From positions 53,554,717 to 53,618,716 of the forward strand of contig NC_068981.1 in NCBI RefSeq assembly GCF_001194135.2: a DNA stretch of 64,000 bases. The letters are read 5' to 3'. The first letter of the stretch is position 1; each line of letters starts with the position of its first letter. The position numbers and the translations under genes are program-made. This document shows, piece by piece, positions 58,890-64,000 of this stretch. The notes below the pieces were generated by a model. It was not told where the DNA came from. It saw only the letters and a program-made list of their open reading frames with translations, and did no database searches. This stretch comes from Octopus bimaculoides (Eukaryota).

Positions 58890-59400
58890 AAGCCGGTTAC
58901 CCTGGGTTTCTTGCTCATAAGGGGTTTAGCTTAATAGCATATCTTCAGACCCCAAACACAGCTGGCCTGAGACCTTTCAAATATGGAAAGGGGAAGCCTC
59001 ATTTTTAAGGGTAAAACCCTAGGTGATCAACTCCCTTTGCTATTGTCCATTGATCTCCGGCTGCGCTGCCATCTTGCAGTCACCAAAACACCACGAAGGT
59101 AAACGATTGTCTCTCTTTGCCTTTGGCTATAGATTTGCAGCTGTGGTGCCATCATACAGATTCCAAAAAGCCAGCAGGAATTTTCTAAAGTGCAGGCATG
59201 GTTCGAAAATCTCCATCCTGGAGTTCAGGATGCCCCATGGCACAAGCAAATCTTTAAGGATCCTTGTGCGTTTGGCAATGCATAACTTGCACCGTTTCAT
59301 CCCATTCATGTAGGGGCCTGGGTTCTCGACTATCTTCCATGTGATCGAGTATGGAATCTTCATTAGTGCACAGGGAAAACTTGGAAAAAATTTATTTATT
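58890..59400 (-). mobile_element. Penelope-like element 3' end (third family; GIY-YIG C-terminal region)
   Basis: YSITWKIV...KRCKLCIAKRTRI...LNSRMEIFEPCLHFRKFLL matches the WKI...RCxLCxxEK...LNxRxE...CRH pattern of PLE ORF ends. Confidence 0.7.
58895..58951 (-). ncRNA. Type I hammerhead-ribozyme-like motif with canonical core
   Basis: ggt-CTGAAGA-ta-tgct-at-taag(ctaaaccc)ctta-tg-agca-a-GAA-ACC(CAG)GGT-A-acc. Confidence 0.6.
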
Positions 59401-62149
59401 GGCTAATCTGAGAGGAACACTTTTGACAAAATCATTAAGAAGTTTCTCGTGGTGGATAAAATGTTTGTGCTTGCAGTTCAAAGATACAATGACTAACAGT
59501 AAGGACAATACAGGGAGCTGGTTAAATGTGAGGTAGCATCTAGAAAGATAGCTTTGTTTATGTTGCTTTTTATGGTAATGGTAATCAGTAATATGTATTT
59601 CTTGAAGAAAAGAGGTAGATTTTTATCTAATTCCGTCAGTAGTTTGAGAATTACAGATATTCAGAGAGAGAAAAAAGCAAAACTAAAATGTATTAATTCT
59701 CAAAATGTTGGAACTTGGTTTTAATGGTGTGTAGTAAGATCACTCATTTTATCTGTATCATTAGTTGCTATTAGATTGAATAGAATGTTTGGACACTTCT
59801 TGTTCTACATAAAATCATTCAAATTCACAGTAGTTTTATGTGCATAATGTATAATGTGTATTTTGAAGTTGGTAGTGTTGGAAACTGATTTTGAGAAACT
59901 AAGCATATTACTGAATAGAGGGTATTTGATCATCAAATAGTAATCCACTCTGTGTGTGTGTGTGTGTGTGTGTGTATACAAGTATGGAAAAAGTGAGCAT
60001 TAAAGGATGAAATATGTATGCAGACGTGTATGTATATATATATATATATATATATTTGATAGAGTTGGAAAGAATCATATTTGTTTCAGTAATTAGTCTT
60101 AATTTAGTACTATTTGAAGTTTAATATCATGCTGCTTTAATAGTTTTTTTCATTTTGTTTTTGCTTTTCTTTTTTTCTTTGCATTATCTTCTTTATTCTA
60201 CTATTCCTTTCTAAATTACCAGAGTAGTCAGTAATAAAATGGAGATAGAGAGTATAAATAATTGCTCTCAGTATAGTAACAATGGAGCACTTGTTTGTTA
60301 TCTCTTTTTACCAGTCTTATTATAGCTGCTATTTGTGGTTATTATTCTCCAAACAACAAGCCTTTTTCTTTGGCATTAGTATTCTTAAGATCGAATACTT
60401 GGCATAACATGTGGTGTATTACTTCTTTAACATTCCTACATATATATATATATACACACATATGTGTCTATGTGCACACATATACATATATAGATATATG
60501 TATGTATGTGTGTATATGTGTATTTGAAAATAAGCAGCAAGCAACCTAAGTAAGGTTAACATTTCAACTTCAAGTGATTACATATACATTTCACATATGC
60601 TTTTACAGCCAGATACCTTTTATACATTTAGCTAATCAGCTATTAGGTTCTTAGCAGGCTGATAACAAATTATATCTTATTCTCTCCATAAATACAAAAG
60701 TATATTACACTTTTTCTAAGGAAACAAATACAATAAATGAACTTACTTCAATCAATGATAAAAACTAGATCATAGCTTTCATTTGTAGAGTCCACTGAAA
60801 GGGGAAAAAAAGAGGGGAAAATGGTTTACTCCTATAATGTTCATTTCTTACAATGGCACCAAGTTAAAAAAAATAATAGGGGAAGAGTATAGAAAATAGA
60901 ATTGACTTTATGTAAACCACTAACACTTATTTTCTTAAAATATGGAGTAATAAAACTAAAAGCTGACCTTGGTAGATTTTGAACCTAGAATACCAAAGTA
61001 CTTCAGGTTAAATACCTTTTGGTCATTAACCTGAAAGTTCATTACCTTTAGCCCAAATGATAACAACAAAAAGCATAGTAAAAATATTTCACAAAATATC
61101 AGGTGATGTAATACTTGATATACTACTAATTCAAGAACACAACTCAATAGACATAATAAATCACTATGTCAAAAATTAGAGCATATGATACTAATAGGTT
61201 TAATGCTTTCATTGTTGAATATTTATCAAAATCTTTTATAAAGATTATTACTCTATGATATGGTTTAGAAATACATGAAACTTTTGTAATGCTGTGACTG
61301 CTGAAAAGTCTACCTAATGATTTTACAGACCAATTTAATTCCCCCCACCCCCCAGACTACTACTAATGCTTTTTAATCCATTACCAGAATACCTCAACAT
61401 TGCTGAAGTATTCTGGGGAAGGATTAAAAGGGATCTTGACATTATTGGCTCCAGTAATTGAGCCAATAAACAGGACAAGCATTTTTGTATAATTGGTCTA
61501 AAATAATAATAATGATAAACATCATCATTTAACGTCCATCTTCCATGCTAGTATGGGTGGGACAGTTCCATAAGAGCCAGCCAGGACAAAGCCTGCACCA
61601 GACTTCTGTGGCTGTTTTGGCAGGATTTTTACAGCTGGATGACCTTTCTAACACCAACCACTCAGCTGGCACAAGCACAGGCAAGGTGCGTAGTGCTTTT
61701 TAGAACAAAAATTTTTAATGAGACTGAAAATAATGATTTTAGGCTCATTGGAACAAAAGCCTTTACATTTAGAGAGATACTTAATTTCTACATAGTTCAA
61801 GAACAATATATACATACATGGATGCATGCATACATACATACATACATACATATATACATACATACATACATACATACGAGTGTATGAAGTTATAAATGAT
61901 GAGAGAATTAAAATGATAAAATTCATTTAACCAATACAGATATTAAACTTGCTCATCAGATGAGAGAAAAAAATCCATGTTACACTCTTTATTATTTTCT
62001 CTTGTATTGTACTATATATTCTATATGTTTTGTAGAATGATACATTAAGGAGCTTTTTTATAAGTACCACTGGATTAGTTGAAAAAATATATTGTTACTT
62101 AAATACATATATATATTTATATATGCATGTAAATATATATGTGCATATA

Positions 62150-62180
<31 letters not shown>

Positions 62181-62222
62181 TTGTGCATAGAGTGTTAGGT
62201 GTGGTGTACAGATATTGAATAT

Positions 62223-62521
62223 TGAGAAAAAGGGTTACCAGAATCTTGGAAAACAACTTTTTTATTTATTCGTTATTATTAGCGCTTTCATTCATTTCCC
62301 AAACTTGTCAAAGTGCTTTTTACGTGACCCTACCACCTGAAAGGACAAGTCTGTATGTGTGGAAGACAGTGGTTTTACTTAACTTGACATGTCTTATCAA
62401 GTACAGCAAATCTCCACATCTCAAATTCTATTCGACAAGTTCAAGAAACAAATGAAAGCGTAAATAATAATGAATAAGTAAAAAAATTTTTTTTCCAAAA
62501 TTCTGGCGACCTTTTTTCTCA
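62223..62521. mobile_element. ~300-bp element with ~70-bp inverted termini
   Basis: 62223-62292 is mirrored by 62451-62521; also visible as mirror ORFs in the ORF track. Confidence 0.7.
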
Positions 62522-62525
62522 GTAT

Positions 62526-62556
<31 letters not shown>

Positions 62557-62576
62557 TACATATACATACACACACA

Positions 62577-62630
<54 letters not shown>

Positions 62631-63242
62631 AATATATATATATACATGTAAATATATATGAACATACAATATATCAAGATTCAGTTAAATAAGTACTCAA
62701 AGGCAGGCACTGAGTTAGGTCAGAATAAAATGCATACACAGTAATTATAGATAAATACTAACATCAGTACAGAAGTTCTGGTAGAAGTATATCCAAGTTA
62801 TGTATGTAATTAATTGAACCCAACTAAGTAAATCATCAGCCCTTGAGCTATTCAGAAACACACATTTTATTAAATATACAGTCTATAATATACTTCAGAA
62901 CATGTGTGGGGCAGGTTCCAAGATAGGTGAATTATGAATAAATAAGTAACAAATGATGGAGGATTGTCAATTCATTATATAACTGTTTCTCAGATGATTA
63001 CATGAGTTTTACAATCAAGGACATTTAAAAGATTTTTAAATCCACAGCACATACATATTTTGTGATTCCACAATTAATGCTAACCATAGATTCTATGGCA
63101 AGTGTCAATCATGGAATTATCAAATATGTTTTTTCATTGATCAATTAAAAAATTCATTTGAAACAGCTGTAAAACATTGCCACTTATTCATCATTTGTTA
63201 CTTATTTATTTATATATGAACATATATGCATATATATATATG

Positions 63243-63284
<42 letters not shown>

Positions 63285-63507
63285 CATATATATTTTTTTT
63301 TTTTATGTATTTATGTGTTTCAGCCAAGTGGCTGCGGTCATGCTGGTGCACCACCGTGAATATATATATGTTTATTACAATTAAAAGGGTAAAGGTTTAT
63401 CAATTTATTAATTTATTAATAAATTAACAATTAATAATTTTTACCAAGCCCTTCGGTATGTAAACACCATTATCGGTGAGGAACTTATTTAAAAGTTCTT
63501 ATACATT

Positions 63508-63949
63508 TATAAACATAATTAAGGGATCAGCAACAGTTGCTTCACCACATACCGAAGTTCAGAAATAGCAGCTAAAATGCTGAAACTCCAACAGATAGCA
63601 TTACTTGTAACTCACAAAGGCAAAACAAGAAGAAAAAACAACGAAAACTAACCAGTCGTAGCTAATCATAGACACGTTTCTGGCTTAGGAGCGATAAACT
63701 CTCCATTTCCTCATCAGTATGATATTCCAGTTGCAAATTCGACAATGCCAGCAATTGTGCATGCATGACCGACCGAACATCACGCATCGGCACAACTTGA
63801 AACCATCTCTGAACCTACATAGGCTAGCCAGTCCATTATCCCTCCTCAAGAATTACCATGTGCGTCACAAGCAATACCGCAGAAAGTCTGCGGTTTACTA
63901 TCAGGGAGTGAATGAAGCAAATGTTGCTGATCCCTTAATTATGTTTATA
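63508..63949 (-). mobile_element. 442-bp element with 37-bp inverted termini carrying a hammerhead motif
   Basis: tataaacataattaagggatcagcaaca(g/t)ttgcttca at 63508-63544 and 63913-63949 (1 mismatch). Confidence 0.75.
63665..63723 (-). ncRNA. Type I hammerhead-ribozyme-like motif, canonical CUGAUGA/GAAA/GUC
   Basis: atcata-CTGATGA-gg-aaat-ggag(agtttatcg)ctcc-taag-cc-a-GAA-AC(GT)GT-C-tatgat; 6-bp stem I. Confidence 0.65.
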
Positions 63950-64000
63950 TATATATATATATATGTATCATCATCATCATCATCATCGCTTAACGTCCGC

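Noticed and set aside
1-64000. CRISPR arrays, operons, rRNA
   Set aside because: No repeat-spacer arrays or rRNA-like sequence were seen, and the window is eukaryotic intron-rich DNA.

Overview
This is an AT-rich, gap-ridden, microsatellite-dense animal genomic window. Its repeat families match what I recall for Octopus, so it is probably a cephalopod draft assembly (inference). One protein-coding gene is supported. It is the 3' two-thirds of an SLC6 Na+/Cl--dependent transporter of the GABA/taurine/creatine subfamily on the + strand. Nine GT-AG exons run from 9615 to 39961 and splice in frame to 382 aa plus stop (TM5-TM12 and C-terminus), followed by a probable 3'UTR of about 2.7 kb. The 5' exons are not visible. 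The protein is a mosaic: GAT/TauT-like TM6 and TM9, a creatine-transporter-like Gly in TM8, no GAT-type extra TM10 residue, and a Pro replacing the conserved TM7 Ser. The rest of the window is transposon-derived: several tRNA-type SINE families, RTE and CR1-like LINE remnants, MITEs (mariner, hAT, pogo/Tigger, piggyBac-like), two structurally complete Helentron-associated HINEs, and at least three Penelope-like retroelement (PLE) remnants. The most notable non-coding signal is six hammerhead-ribozyme-like motifs, four of them at PLE ends. Three have a compensatory U3-A8 core, two of these show stem I covariation, and two others have a canonical core.
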